Below are positions 31,658 to 42,247 of a stretch of DNA of 64,000 bases, piece by piece (the first letter of the stretch is position 1; every line of letters starts with the position of its first letter). The DNA is from Cyanobacteria bacterium P01_D01_bin.156. Its GTDB lineage: Bacteria; Cyanobacteriota; Cyanobacteriia; Phormidesmidales; Phormidesmidaceae. Where the stretch lies: the NCBI GenBank assembly GCA_039024555.1, contig JBCCQQ010000015.1, forward strand, positions 1 through 64,000. Direction: 5' to 3'. Under the pieces are notes generated by a model that saw only the letters and a list, made by a program, of their open reading frames with translations, did not search any database and was not told the DNA's origin. Position numbers and translations under genes: made by a program.

Positions 31658-32836
31658 CTAGACGGCACTCAATGTAGGCTCCTGCATTGAGTCGATTAGA
31701 ATCTGAGCAATTTCTGGACGACTAAACTCAGCTGGGGGCTTCTTCCCATCCCGTAACATTGCCCGCACCTTAGTGCCGGAAAGATGAATTCGCTCTTCTT
31801 TACTACTGGGACTGGTTTTGGCAGTCGCCATACCCTGGGTCCGGGTGCAGTAGAAAGCGTGCTCAAATTTAACGGGTTTAATCTTCAGCTCATCAGAGGT
31901 AAACTCATCAAACATTTTCTGAGCATCGTAGGTGCCATAGTAGTCACCTACACCGGCATGGTCACGACCAACAATAAAGTGGGTGCAACCATAATTTTGA
32001 CGTGCGATCGCATGCATAATCGCTTCCCGAGGTCCGGCGTAGCGCATCGCTGCTGGGAACACCCCCAACAACGTGCGATTCTCGGGATAATAAAGACGCA
32101 GAATAGTCTCGTAACACTTCACCCGAACATCAGCAGGAATATCATCCGCCTTGGTCATTCCTACTAGAGGATTGACAAATAAGCCATCTACGGTCTCAAG
32201 AGCTGTTTTAGTAATATACTCATGAGCCCGGTGAATTGGATTACGAGTCTGGAAAGCTACAACAGTTTTCCAACCGCGATTAGCAAATTCAAGACGGGTT
32301 TGTACCGGGCTCAGACGATACTGTAGAAAGTTGTCATAGGGGATATCATTAACCAGAGAAATAGGGCCACCCAAATAAACTGGGCCCTCAGCCTTCATGG
32401 CCTTCACACCAGGGTGAGCGTCTTCTGTGGTGAGATACACCTTTTGAGCTTCATGATCTTGATCAGGAGTAAATTTACTCTCCACAGTCATGACTGCCAG
32501 AATCTCTCCATTGGGGTGGGCGAGAGCAATCTGGCTATCTAAACGACACTTGCCAGCTTCTGACTCAGGAATTTGCAGGGTTACAGGGATTGACCATGCC
32601 AAGCCACTGCCAAGGCGCATTTCATTGACAATCAGGTTGTACTCCGACTCGTTAACAAACCCTTCTAAAGGACTGTATATCCCTGTCGCAATACACTGCA
32701 AATCAGCAATGTTACGAGTGGACAAGGTAATACGTGGTAAAGCATGGGCCTGTTCGAATAAATCCTGACGCTGATTGCCGTCAAGAGAACGATTCACCAA
32801 CTGCTGACCATGGGGTTCGATTAAACCAATTGACAT
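31658..32836 (-). CDS. sat: Sulfate adenylyltransferase (ATP sulfurylase)
   Basis: AFQTRNPIHRAHE, MRYAGPREA, HFIVGRDHAGVG and SGTKVR motifs. Confidence 0.97.
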   Translation of the reverse strand: MSIGLIEPHGQQLVNRSLDGNQRQDLFEQAHALPRITLSTRNIADLQCIATGIYSPLEGFVNESEYNLIVNEMRLGSGLAWSIPVTLQIPESEAGKCRLDSQIALAHPNGEILAVMTVESKFTPDQDHEAQKVYLTTEDAHPGVKAMKAEGPVYLGGPISLVNDIPYDNFLQYRLSPVQTRLEFANRGWKTVVAFQTRNPIHRAHEYITKTALETVDGLFVNPLVGMTKADDIPADVRVKCYETILRLYYPENRTLLGVFPAAMRYAGPREAIMHAIARQNYGCTHFIVGRDHAGVGDYYGTYDAQKMFDEFTSDELKIKPVKFEHAFYCTRTQGMATAKTSPSSKEERIHLSGTKVRAMLRDGKKPPAEFSRPEIAQILIDSMQEPTLSAV

Positions 32837-34703
32837 AATGTGCCTCCTTTACATCCTTTTTCTAACTCAGCCTGTCTTCAATGTATGAAAACTGAGAAAG
32901 TAAGCATACTTATCTAATCTATAACTACTTTTCTCCTCTCCAATTAACCAGCTTTTGGATAAATATTCCAGCGAGAGACTGCCAACTACAAGTTGATAAC
33001 TGTGCAGCTATTAACTTATACAGAACATTCATAAATGAAATTGCCATCACCGTGTACGAGACCCACACCATACCCGCAAACGTGCTATGAACAGTGCCGT
33101 CAAGCAACAAGCACAGGATTCAAAGCAGCTTAAGAAGGGGTATGTACATTATAGGAACGTGGCCTGCTACAAGAGACTGACATTCTAGGCTGCCCAATAC
33201 AATGCAGTTAGAACGAGCGGCATGACCATAACAGATACAAATAGATATGTGCAATAAATCCTACAGGAACAAATATCCTAAGAGCTAGCTCTTATTAGGC
33301 TTGTAAATCTGAGGTAAGGAATAGCAATTAGTAGACTATAAATACACCTTATACATAGATACCCAAATACTAACCTCTATATCTTCATTATTATTATCAG
33401 CCTAGAGAAATTACTGTCTTTAGCGATACACAATAACCTTAAAGAGGCTAACCCCAATGGCTCTCATCAATTAATCCTGGATAACAACCAAGTACTAAAA
33501 CACTCACCCAGAGTTGACCTTCATCCCTACAGTTAGCCCTCGCCAACATCAGGATGAAACATATCAGTGTTTCTTGAAGCAACTGCTCAAAAAATATCCC
33601 TAATTGCCCATAGACAGCGTTCTATCTCATACGACCACAATAAATGACGTCACTTTCCAAATTAAGTTTCAACGTCTAATAACTGGGTCTAAAGGAGAAT
33701 TTTGCTAAACCGCCGTTACCCCTCTTTTAGGTCCCTGGGATCCTCAACCCCTTGAATTCATTAGCTAAAGACATGCCTATGCTCAGCAGAGTAGGCCTTA
33801 AGCTCACATCAGCATTCGTGGATACTTATCAAGCACCAACCGGAATAAATTCGACTTCTTAATCAAAATCATAAAAAGTTAATAAAAACAAGAAAAGCTG
33901 CTACTATAGCTATCGATAGCTGAGCTCAAAAAAACTGGGATAACCTTTGTATTTTTGAATGTTAGGTGGTGTAGACAACTATGAAGTTGTCGTAAAGAGC
34001 TATTCTCTTGCATCTAGTAGGCAGCATGGCTTTACATTTGCATTCAGATATATACCTATTGAATTGATTCTAGGCTGTCGAGCAAATTTGGTGCTTTTTT
34101 GAAACTCTCCAATAGATTCGCGTCCACTATTAACAGGCATTTATTCAAAAGCTATCTTTCGATTTTTACTCTTCTCAAAGATTAGTTTGGTTCTTTATTG
34201 CATCGATATGTAGACTAGCCAAGTTAGGTCAGAATTCTTAGCCATATTGGTTAAATTTGCTACTTTTCTGTTGGCCATTTTTTCGTATTTATTGCAAATG
34301 GCTCTCATATATTATTCCTAACTCTGTTCAGTGAGTAGTGAGTTATTCTGCCTTTGGTTACTTGAGAAATGAGGCAATACCCAAGGGTTATCTGTTTATC
34401 TGGCTACAACAGATAAGGACATCCTGAAGAGCAGCAAGCCGACTTTGATTTGTTCCTAAACACTACTGGAGTCGTCATCTACCCCATGGCAATTAACAGT
34501 AAAGAGCATTCCTTTTTTGCACCCAAGATTCTCTTATTGAACGGAGTTGAGCGTTGGATTTATTGCGGCTGCTCTGAACCCAGTTTCTACTCGATAGAGT
34601 AGTCGTAATCTTATGTGCCAAGGTGTACACGCTTTGTGATGCGTCCTTATTTGCCTCGTTTTTGTTATCTAAACATTAGTTTTTTTGGAGCAACTCTAGA
34701 TCT

Positions 34704-35717
34704 ATGTCCATATTAATGATCGGCACCCAGCGCTCTGGTTCCAACCTCATGCGATTGATGTTGAACCAAATTCCTACTATTGAAGCCCCCCATCCACCTC
34801 ACATTTTGCAGAGGTTGATGCCGCTCCTCCCTTCCTATCCAGATCTCTCTGATGCATCTACGTTCAAACAGCTAGTAGATGATGTATGTCGTCTTGTGGA
34901 ACTTAATCCTGTGCCCTGGGAAGGGGTGGTTCTAGATCGAGCAGATATTGCCGCCCGCTGTACTCAAAACTCTCTAGTGGCTGTCTTTTCTGCTGTGTAT
35001 GATGTTTTGGCTGAAACTCGTAAAGCCAAAACCTGGTGCTGTAAGAGTTTGGCAAACGTCCATTATGGGGCTGAGGTCAATGAGTACTTACCCAAGGCAA
35101 AGTATCTTTATCTCTATCGCGATGGTCGAGACGTAGCCTGTTCTTTCAAAAAAGCCGTTGTTGGTCAAAAGCATTTTTATCACATTGCTCAGGACTGGGC
35201 TAAAGCGCAGCGCGCTGCATTGACTATGCGTCAGAAGTTTGATGATAGTCAGTTCTTTAGTATTAGCTATGAGGCTCTGACCGGTGCTACTGAAGATAGT
35301 CTGAAAGCCCTATGCCAATTTTTAGAGGTGGAGTATAGTCCCTCTATGATGAGCTTTCATGAGTCTAGTGAGGCTAAGAATACCGCGTCTTCTAGCTCTC
35401 TTTGGAACAATGTGACTAAGCCGATCATGAACCAAAATACCAAAAAGTTCTTGAAGCAGGCTTCTGAAGAGGAAGTCAAAATCTTTGAGTTAGTGGCAGG
35501 CGATGTCCTAGATCAGCTTGGTTACGAGCGTACTCAAACATCCTCAAACGATGTAGCCAATTTCAGTTCGGAAGAAGTTGCTAAATTTGAGGCGGAAAAC
35601 ACGCGCTTAAAGGCCGAACGAAAAGAAACCATGGATGCGGAAGATCGGGCTCGCCGTGAGCGTCAGGCTGCCCTGCTCCAAGAGATTAAGGGACGTCTTC
35701 CTCTCGCAGCTGTGTAA
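34704..35717 (+). CDS. PAPS-dependent sulfotransferase
   Basis: 5'-PSB loop GTQRSGS, 3'-PB motif YRDGRDVACS, and YEAL..L..LC.FL. Confidence 0.9.
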   Translation: MSILMIGTQRSGSNLMRLMLNQIPTIEAPHPPHILQRLMPLLPSYPDLSDASTFKQLVDDVCRLVELNPVPWEGVVLDRADIAARCTQNSLVAVFSAVYDVLAETRKAKTWCCKSLANVHYGAEVNEYLPKAKYLYLYRDGRDVACSFKKAVVGQKHFYHIAQDWAKAQRAALTMRQKFDDSQFFSISYEALTGATEDSLKALCQFLEVEYSPSMMSFHESSEAKNTASSSSLWNNVTKPIMNQNTKKFLKQASEEEVKIFELVAGDVLDQLGYERTQTSSNDVANFSSEEVAKFEAENTRLKAERKETMDAEDRARRERQAALLQEIKGRLPLAAV

Positions 35718-35953
35718 CGGCTATTTGAATATAGAGCCACTGAAATAGCAGACTAATCGAGATTTGTTTTGATTAATCTGCTGGCGTGAGTAAAAATCTG
35801 TTGCTGCTTCAAAGCGTGATCTGTTCTGGTCGGGATACATCTATCTGCATTCCGGTCGGTGAGGTCATATCTAAGAGTAGCAACGTCTCCGAAAAAGCAT
35901 TGCTGATTTAGTAAAACGATCAGCAATGTCCAAAATGTATCTGCGGTAATGCG

Positions 35954-37243
35954 ATGACTAAGCCTACGGTCGCCACATCGTCCCAAGGGACGGGGGCATC
36001 TTCCATATCTGAGCAGGAAACAGTAACTCTCGGTTATTTGTTTTGGACATTTCTAAAAATTGGTAGTACGGCTTTCGGTGGCTTTATGTCCCTGATCTCT
36101 GTGGTCGAAAGCTTTGTGGTTCAACGGCGTAAGCTGATGAGTCACGAGGATATGTTAGATGGGATTTCTCTAGCAGCGGTTTTACCTGGACCGATGGCTG
36201 CGAACGTGATTGCCTATGTTGGCTATCGTATTCGTGGTAACTGGGGCGCTTTGGTAACCAGTTTTAGTTCGTTACTGCCTTCGTATCTTATTCTGGTAAT
36301 TTTTTCCATCTACGCGAAGCGGTTTGAATCTATCCCAGTGGTGGAAAAAGCGTTTATGGCCTTTATGCCAGCGATGGTGGCGATCATTTTGACGGCAGCC
36401 TGGCGCATGGGGAAAAAAACAATCAAATCGGTGCATAACTGGCGAGCAATTCTGATTGCCGTTGTTTCTGCCTTATTTTTGCGGTTTGTCGGTGGCTTTT
36501 ACACCACCCTTTTAATTGTTATGGCATCGGGCATTCTGGGTTATTTCTGGTACTACCAGGAGATAAAGCGCCAACCACCTGCTGATGCTCTGTTAGGTTC
36601 AGAACTCAAGGCCAAAATGTCCAAGGGCGACATTATTATGTCGTTTATATTTTTGAGCTGCTTTTTGCTCCTTTATGTTATTCCTCTACCGTTTATTAGC
36701 ACCGATAGTTTGGCTCAGTTATTCATTACCTTTTCAGGAATGAGTCTACTGCTGTTTGGCAGTGGCTATGTATTTATCCCAATGATTCAGGAACTGGTGG
36801 TCAACACCTATGGCTGGATTACCCAGCCGGAATTTACAAATGCGATCGCACTTGGACAGTTGACCCCTGGCCCTATTTTAATCAGCGCCGCTGCCATCGG
36901 ATATTCCGTCAAGGGCATTCTGGGCTCTATTGTCGCAACAGTCGGAATTTTCTTGCCACCAGCCCTACTGATGCTGACATGCTCTCACTTACTACAGAGC
37001 ATCAAGCGATCCCTAATCATTCAGGCTGCTTTAAGAGGTATCCGCCCAGCCGTTGTCGGTTTGATTTTCACAGCCGGTATTTCCTTTGCCCAACCTATGC
37101 TAGAGCTGGGTCAGCCTATCGTTGCCTACCTGGTTACAGCCATAATTTTTGCTGGCTCAATGCTTGCCTTGATGAAGTGGAAAGTAGAAATCGCACTGAT
37201 TATCCCCATTGCAGGCGTCATCGGTGTACTCTTCTATCCCTAA
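35954..37243 (+). CDS. chrA: Chromate ion transporter (CHR) family, long-chain
   Basis: Two repeats of FLKIG..AFGG / FG.G..., with LPGP and TPGP motifs. Confidence 0.9.
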   Translation: MTKPTVATSSQGTGASSISEQETVTLGYLFWTFLKIGSTAFGGFMSLISVVESFVVQRRKLMSHEDMLDGISLAAVLPGPMAANVIAYVGYRIRGNWGALVTSFSSLLPSYLILVIFSIYAKRFESIPVVEKAFMAFMPAMVAIILTAAWRMGKKTIKSVHNWRAILIAVVSALFLRFVGGFYTTLLIVMASGILGYFWYYQEIKRQPPADALLGSELKAKMSKGDIIMSFIFLSCFLLLYVIPLPFISTDSLAQLFITFSGMSLLLFGSGYVFIPMIQELVVNTYGWITQPEFTNAIALGQLTPGPILISAAAIGYSVKGILGSIVATVGIFLPPALLMLTCSHLLQSIKRSLIIQAALRGIRPAVVGLIFTAGISFAQPMLELGQPIVAYLVTAIIFAGSMLALMKWKVEIALIIPIAGVIGVLFYP

Positions 37244-37264
37244 CGTAATCCCTGGCCCACAAAA

Positions 37265-37300
37265 GCACTAAGCCAGGTTTCCTCAAATCTGGCTTAGTGC
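37265..37300. terminator. Probable bidirectional terminator between convergent genes
   Basis: Perfect 12-bp inverted repeat GCACTAAGCCAG / CTGGCTTAGTGC. Confidence 0.65.
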
Positions 37301-37720
37301 CTGCCAAGTTCTCGCATCCACAATTCCCTCGTCAGGAATACCAAAGTCACGTTGAAATCGCTGTACTGCGGCATAGGTTTTTGGTCCAAAATCACCATCC
37401 ACAGTGCCTACATAATACAAATCAATAGAAAGTAGGTCTTGAACAGACTCCACAGTATCGCCATGGCATCCCTGCCATAAGGTCGGCATTTCCACAGGAG
37501 CATTTACCCACAGTGCCTGCCAAGTCAGTGGCCCAACAATGCCGTCTGGCGTAAGAAACATACGAGATTGAAAGGTTTTGACCGCAATTTCAGTTTCATA
37601 ATCAAACAGACCAGTTATGGAAACTGAACCTAATCTCTGGGCTAAAAGCTGCTGGAGTTTAAAGACCTCATTGCTCTTAGCCCCTCGCTTTAATGATGTT
37701 CTTGGAATTGAATAAACCAT
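37283..37720 (-). CDS. Peptidoglycan-binding domain protein (two PG_binding_1 repeats)
   Basis: G.F...TE.AVK.FQ....L.PDGIVGPLTW repeated twice. Confidence 0.9.
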   Translation of the reverse strand: MVYSIPRTSLKRGAKSNEVFKLQQLLAQRLGSVSITGLFDYETEIAVKTFQSRMFLTPDGIVGPLTWQALWVNAPVEMPTLWQGCHGDTVESVQDLLSIDLYYVGTVDGDFGPKTYAAVQRFQRDFGIPDEGIVDARTWQALSQI

Positions 37721-37870
37721 AAAGCAGCGTAGGTCAATAAATCGATAACTAAACTAAGACCTTTTAAGATCACCTGAAATAGAAGAAACACCTAGATTGT
37801 TGCGACCATCAGACGGCTGCAATCTTATGACACAAAAATATTTATAGATTTACGCTGGTAAAGATTATCT

Positions 37871-37962
37871 GGCGTTGCTGATCCTCGGGATGGATTTTAG
37901 CTGTCAAATCCAGACAACTGATACGTTCTACAGAGTGTTTCATCCCATAAATCAGCAACAGC
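37871..37962. repeat. ~92-bp MITE-like element (copy 2)
   Basis: GGCGTTGCTGA...TCAGCAACAGC termini; flanks GATTATCT / AATTATCG resemble a target duplication. Confidence 0.7.
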
Positions 37963-38115
37963 AATTATCGTTTTAGAAAGAACGTCTGAACCACCTAAAC
38001 ATTTTGCAGCTTTTCTGTCTTTGAGGCTAAAGGGCCATTTTGGAATGACATCATAAGGTAACAACCAAATTTTGTTGTCGATTGTTATGGTGTTATGGAT
38101 AACTCAACTCCCTAT

Positions 38116-38658
38116 TTAGGAGGTTGGAGGTAAAAGAAATTGAGATGATAAAAATTGCTCAGGATTTAATAAAAAGATAATAGGCTGATCATCAGCTTGT
38201 ACAATTAGCCCACTAACACATTGCATATTTACCCTGGTGGCATAGCTAGAGGGTAATGGAGCTATATCAGATTTGGGAAATCGATGTACGCTAGGTGCAG
38301 ATGCTACAGGCAAACCGACTAAGTCCCCCTGCCGATTACGAATAATCAGTAAATATTCTGCATTGGACGATTTCTCAGAGGAAGGTAAAGATGGGTTGTT
38401 AGATTCTGTTGTAAGAATATTTCCAAATACTTGATGGCTAATATCGAGTACCAGAAGCTCTTTCCCTTCATACACCGTTAATCCTGCGCCAGAACTATCG
38501 CAGTTTCCATGGATCTCACTTTTAGGAACAACCTTTTTGACCGAGAAGATGGGGAGTGCAAACCATTCACGCTGAATAGGAAAAACGATGAACTGTTCAA
38601 CGGCTTTCCCTCTGTGAGCTCTTAAACGTCGAGATTTGATCGGAGATACAATAGCCAT
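38116..38658 (-). CDS. cheW: CheW-like coupling protein
   Basis: FIVF.I..EWFALPI..V.KVV pattern; last gene of the taxis operon. Confidence 0.85.
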   Translation of the reverse strand: MAIVSPIKSRRLRAHRGKAVEQFIVFPIQREWFALPIFSVKKVVPKSEIHGNCDSSGAGLTVYEGKELLVLDISHQVFGNILTTESNNPSLPSSEKSSNAEYLLIIRNRQGDLVGLPVASAPSVHRFPKSDIAPLPSSYATRVNMQCVSGLIVQADDQPIIFLLNPEQFLSSQFLLPPTS

Positions 38659-38680
38659 GGAAATGAGTTGAGTGTAGTTT

Positions 38681-41600
38681 TTATATTAGAGACGTCGCAG
38701 GCTGCTGTTGAATGACTCGCTCCAACATTTGCAACAGTTCATGATCTTGATAGGGTTTGGTAATGTAAGCACTGGCACCCAAACGCATGGCTAGCTGACG
38801 ATGCTTATCACTTCCCCGAGACGTGAGCATAATAATTGGTAACTCTTTTAAGCTGGGATCAGCTTTAACCTCTGCTAAAACTCCATAACCATCCAGGCGA
38901 GGCATTTCGATATCACATACAATGGCATCTACGGATAGCCCACCAGATAGCTGATCCACGGCGTCTTGACCATCTTTACCCTGCTCTACACCATAGCCCG
39001 CTTGTTCTAGGGTTGTTCTTAATAGCTGGCGCATGTTGATAGAATCATCCACCACCATGACATTGATTTGTTGAATCTGCGGCAGAGCTAATGGTTGCGT
39101 AATATCGTTATCAGCAGCAGTTTGCAGCAAGTGTTGCCAGTTTTTTGGACTTCTTTGAACCCTCTTTTGTGATTTGCCATGGTCAATCCATTCCAGCAAT
39201 TTAGCTGCATCCGCTAGGGGGACTACATGACCATCTTCAAGGATGGTACAACCATTAAATCCTGTTGGTAAGCTGATAACATTTTCTACCTGGCGGATAA
39301 CAACTTCTCGTTCTCCCCAAAATCGATCAATATAGATGCCGCTTAAACGTTCACCTTGTCTAATGATGAGAATCGAAGGTTCATTGATGATCGGTGTGGT
39401 TTCTGCAGACAGGCTACGCAACGGACCACGAAACTCTAACCACTTGTCCAGGTTGATTAAGGGTACAGTAAGGCCTTCCCAGTCAATCACTTGTTGTTCC
39501 GCTGAGTCGAACACCTGTACGGAATTAAAGCGAATCATTTCTTCAACACTATCGGTCGGAAAGGCTAAACGCATTCCCCCACTTTCCACCAAAAGCACTC
39601 GTACAATAGAGAGGGTAAAGGGTACGCTAATGGTGAAGGTTGTTCCCGCTCCTGCCTGGGTATCTACTTTAATTTCACTGCGGATTTTTTCCAGATTGTT
39701 GCGGACTACATCCATCCCAATCCCCCGCCCTGAGAGGTCTGTTACCTTGTCTGCTGTGCTAAAGCCGGGTTCAAAAATCATTCCCAGTAATTCACTCTGA
39801 CTAAGGCTATCCAGGACTTCGTCAGTGAGTCCCAGCTGCTGAGCACGAGCACGAATTTTGTCTAAATTAATGCCAGCACCGTCATCACTGATGGAGATTA
39901 AGGTTTGGCTACCCCGGTGCATGGCTCGAATTTCAATGGTGCCCTGGGATGGTTTTCCCTGACTCTGTCGAACTTCTGTTGCCTCAATTCCGTGGTCAAA
40001 GGCATTGCGAAGTAGATGCATCAAGGGATCCCTAAGGTGAAGGGCTACAAATCTATCAATTAAGGTAGCCCCACCGGCAATTTTAAGGTTGGCCGTCTTA
40101 CCATACTGCAGCGATAGTTCTCGGACAGTTCTGGGAAATCGTTCTACGATATCTGATAGGGGCCGCATTCTAGCCCGAGTAACGTTGATCTGTAGAGATT
40201 TTGCCGTGCGATTAAGGTTACCAGAGGCCTGTTTGATCTCTCGCATGTTGAGTTTGACATCACTTGTCACCTCCCTCAACTGCAATAAGGTCTCCCGCTG
40301 GTCTTGGGATAATAGGTGAAGATCGCTATAGCGGTCTAGCTCCAGGGTATCAAAGGTATGTTCTGCGGTCGCAGACGTATCGGGCAAGATAGATGGTCGG
40401 CTAGACCTTTCTTTTGAGAAAAAGGCTGAGGGTGAATGGAGACTTGCCTCTAATGAGGATACTAGTTTCCCATTGGAGACCTTCTCTAAACTGGGTATGG
40501 AGGTATCCACAGATAACTGATCGCAAAATACCTGTAGCTCAGCATTGGTGCTTTCTAAGCTTTCCATCCGTTTGGCAAACAAATTCATCAAATCCTCCAT
40601 CTGATCCAGACGAGAATTCATTGTGTTGCGTTGAATAATCAATTCACCAAACAGGTCGTTCAATTGATTGAGCAGCTTGATGGGAACTCGTACGGTGGTG
40701 TTTTCCTGCAGTTCTTGAGTCTGCTTAACCGCTTCTAAAGGTTCAACATGTAGCTCAACAAAATCTTCTAGTTCAGCCTCTGGCTCGGAATGGTCAGGTT
40801 GAGGACCCAGTACGAGCTTTTCTGATATGTGTTCCTCGGATTCGTGTGCGATCGCATCCGATAACACAGGCTCCTCCAGCTGAAAATCAGCCGGATCTAA
40901 ATTCTCAATAGCCGCTTCAAAACCAGTTAAATTAACATCATCAATAGTCTCTTGCGTAGCAGAATTCTCAACTTCAGCAGTTTTTATCTGTTCCCAATCT
41001 AGGTCCGCGTCAGAAAAATTTTCGGGAGGAAGAATTTCAATGCTTTCAGCAATTGTCAAAGACTCTACAGCATCTTCATCAGACAAAGAACTGGTTTGTT
41101 CTTCAACAACCTCGAACTCAGAGACAGAATCAGCTTCAGCACTCGCTTCTTCAGAGGGCTCAAAAACCAGATGGTTTGCTTCAGATGTTTCCCATACCGG
41201 TGTATCCACCCGTTCAGAAGCCACCTCTTCTTCACCCAGAAACATTGAAAAGTCAGGTATTTCGAATGCTGAATCTTCTGGAGAAGAAAATAGGTTTTCT
41301 AGATTATCATCAGTAATCTCAGCCCCTGTCGTACTGGCTTCAGCTCCATTATCTACCCACTGCTCCAGATTAATCTCCACCTGAGTCGGTAGCTTATCGA
41401 TTTTTCCGACCATGACTAGCGCTTGGGAACGTTGCCATAGTTCCAATGCGTGCTGAGCGACAGTGTCAATCTGATTGGGTGCTGCCGCCATCAGCTGTTG
41501 ATGAATGGATTCACATAGCTTGATAAAGGCCTCAAGCTGCAACATCCTCCCCAGATCCTGCAGTTCCTCCACCATAATTTCCAACTCTTCTCGCAGACAT

Positions 41601-42139
41601 GGTCGTCCAGGCGTCGTTAACACTAAATTGAGACGACCTAACAGCTCCTCCACCTCAGTACTAAACATGACTACTGTGGTGTCATCCTCAGACTCATCAG
41701 CCAAAAGGGCTAATTCATCACTGGGCTGTAAATCTCCCAAACGCTCCCGCAGCTTCTCAAAAATAGGATGGGCCAGTTCTGCCAGCCAACTTTCTGTAAT
41801 CGGCAGTGCCTGTCGATGCAAAGCACTAATTTGACGCAAACTATCAAGACCCTGTAAAAGCAAAATCTCCAGGGCTGCATCAATTTGGAGACGGCTGCGA
41901 CGAGCTTTAACAATTTTGAGTGAATCCTCGAAACGATGGGCTAATTGTGACATTGAGGGACACTCAATCATCGAGCCAATGCCCTTGATCGTATGGACAG
42001 CTCTAAGCGCCGCATCCAGCTGTTGAGGATTCACTCCCTTTTCAGAAAGCTCAAGTAAAACGGATTCGATGGTGTTGAGATACTCATCAACTTCATCTAA
42101 GAAGTTGAGCCAGACCTCGCGATCTGCTGCATTAGCCAT
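38681..42139 (-). CDS. cheA: Hybrid CheA histidine kinase (Hpt-dimer-HATPase-CheW-REC)
   Basis: RAVHTIKG Hpt, HLLRNAFDHGIE, DDGAG, GFSTA..SGRGIGMDVV and a C-terminal REC domain. Confidence 0.95.
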   Translation of the reverse strand: MANAADREVWLNFLDEVDEYLNTIESVLLELSEKGVNPQQLDAALRAVHTIKGIGSMIECPSMSQLAHRFEDSLKIVKARRSRLQIDAALEILLLQGLDSLRQISALHRQALPITESWLAELAHPIFEKLRERLGDLQPSDELALLADESEDDTTVVMFSTEVEELLGRLNLVLTTPGRPCLREELEIMVEELQDLGRMLQLEAFIKLCESIHQQLMAAAPNQIDTVAQHALELWQRSQALVMVGKIDKLPTQVEINLEQWVDNGAEASTTGAEITDDNLENLFSSPEDSAFEIPDFSMFLGEEEVASERVDTPVWETSEANHLVFEPSEEASAEADSVSEFEVVEEQTSSLSDEDAVESLTIAESIEILPPENFSDADLDWEQIKTAEVENSATQETIDDVNLTGFEAAIENLDPADFQLEEPVLSDAIAHESEEHISEKLVLGPQPDHSEPEAELEDFVELHVEPLEAVKQTQELQENTTVRVPIKLLNQLNDLFGELIIQRNTMNSRLDQMEDLMNLFAKRMESLESTNAELQVFCDQLSVDTSIPSLEKVSNGKLVSSLEASLHSPSAFFSKERSSRPSILPDTSATAEHTFDTLELDRYSDLHLLSQDQRETLLQLREVTSDVKLNMREIKQASGNLNRTAKSLQINVTRARMRPLSDIVERFPRTVRELSLQYGKTANLKIAGGATLIDRFVALHLRDPLMHLLRNAFDHGIEATEVRQSQGKPSQGTIEIRAMHRGSQTLISISDDGAGINLDKIRARAQQLGLTDEVLDSLSQSELLGMIFEPGFSTADKVTDLSGRGIGMDVVRNNLEKIRSEIKVDTQAGAGTTFTISVPFTLSIVRVLLVESGGMRLAFPTDSVEEMIRFNSVQVFDSAEQQVIDWEGLTVPLINLDKWLEFRGPLRSLSAETTPIINEPSILIIRQGERLSGIYIDRFWGEREVVIRQVENVISLPTGFNGCTILEDGHVVPLADAAKLLEWIDHGKSQKRVQRSPKNWQHLLQTAADNDITQPLALPQIQQINVMVVDDSINMRQLLRTTLEQAGYGVEQGKDGQDAVDQLSGGLSVDAIVCDIEMPRLDGYGVLAEVKADPSLKELPIIMLTSRGSDKHRQLAMRLGASAYITKPYQDHELLQMLERVIQQQPATSLI

Positions 42140-42207
42140 GGGTTTTCTTTAGTAGAGCAGAACTAATCGGAAGAGAAAAGAATCAAGGAAGCCAGTGTTA
42201 CAACACT

Positions 42208-42243
42208 GATGTCAGAGGCTAGGGGCCAAAGCCTTTGACATCA
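42208..42243. other. Intra-operon stem-loop between mcp and cheA
   Basis: TGATGTCAGAGGC / GCCTTTGACATCA inverted repeat. Confidence 0.5.
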
Positions 42244-42247
42244 ATGC

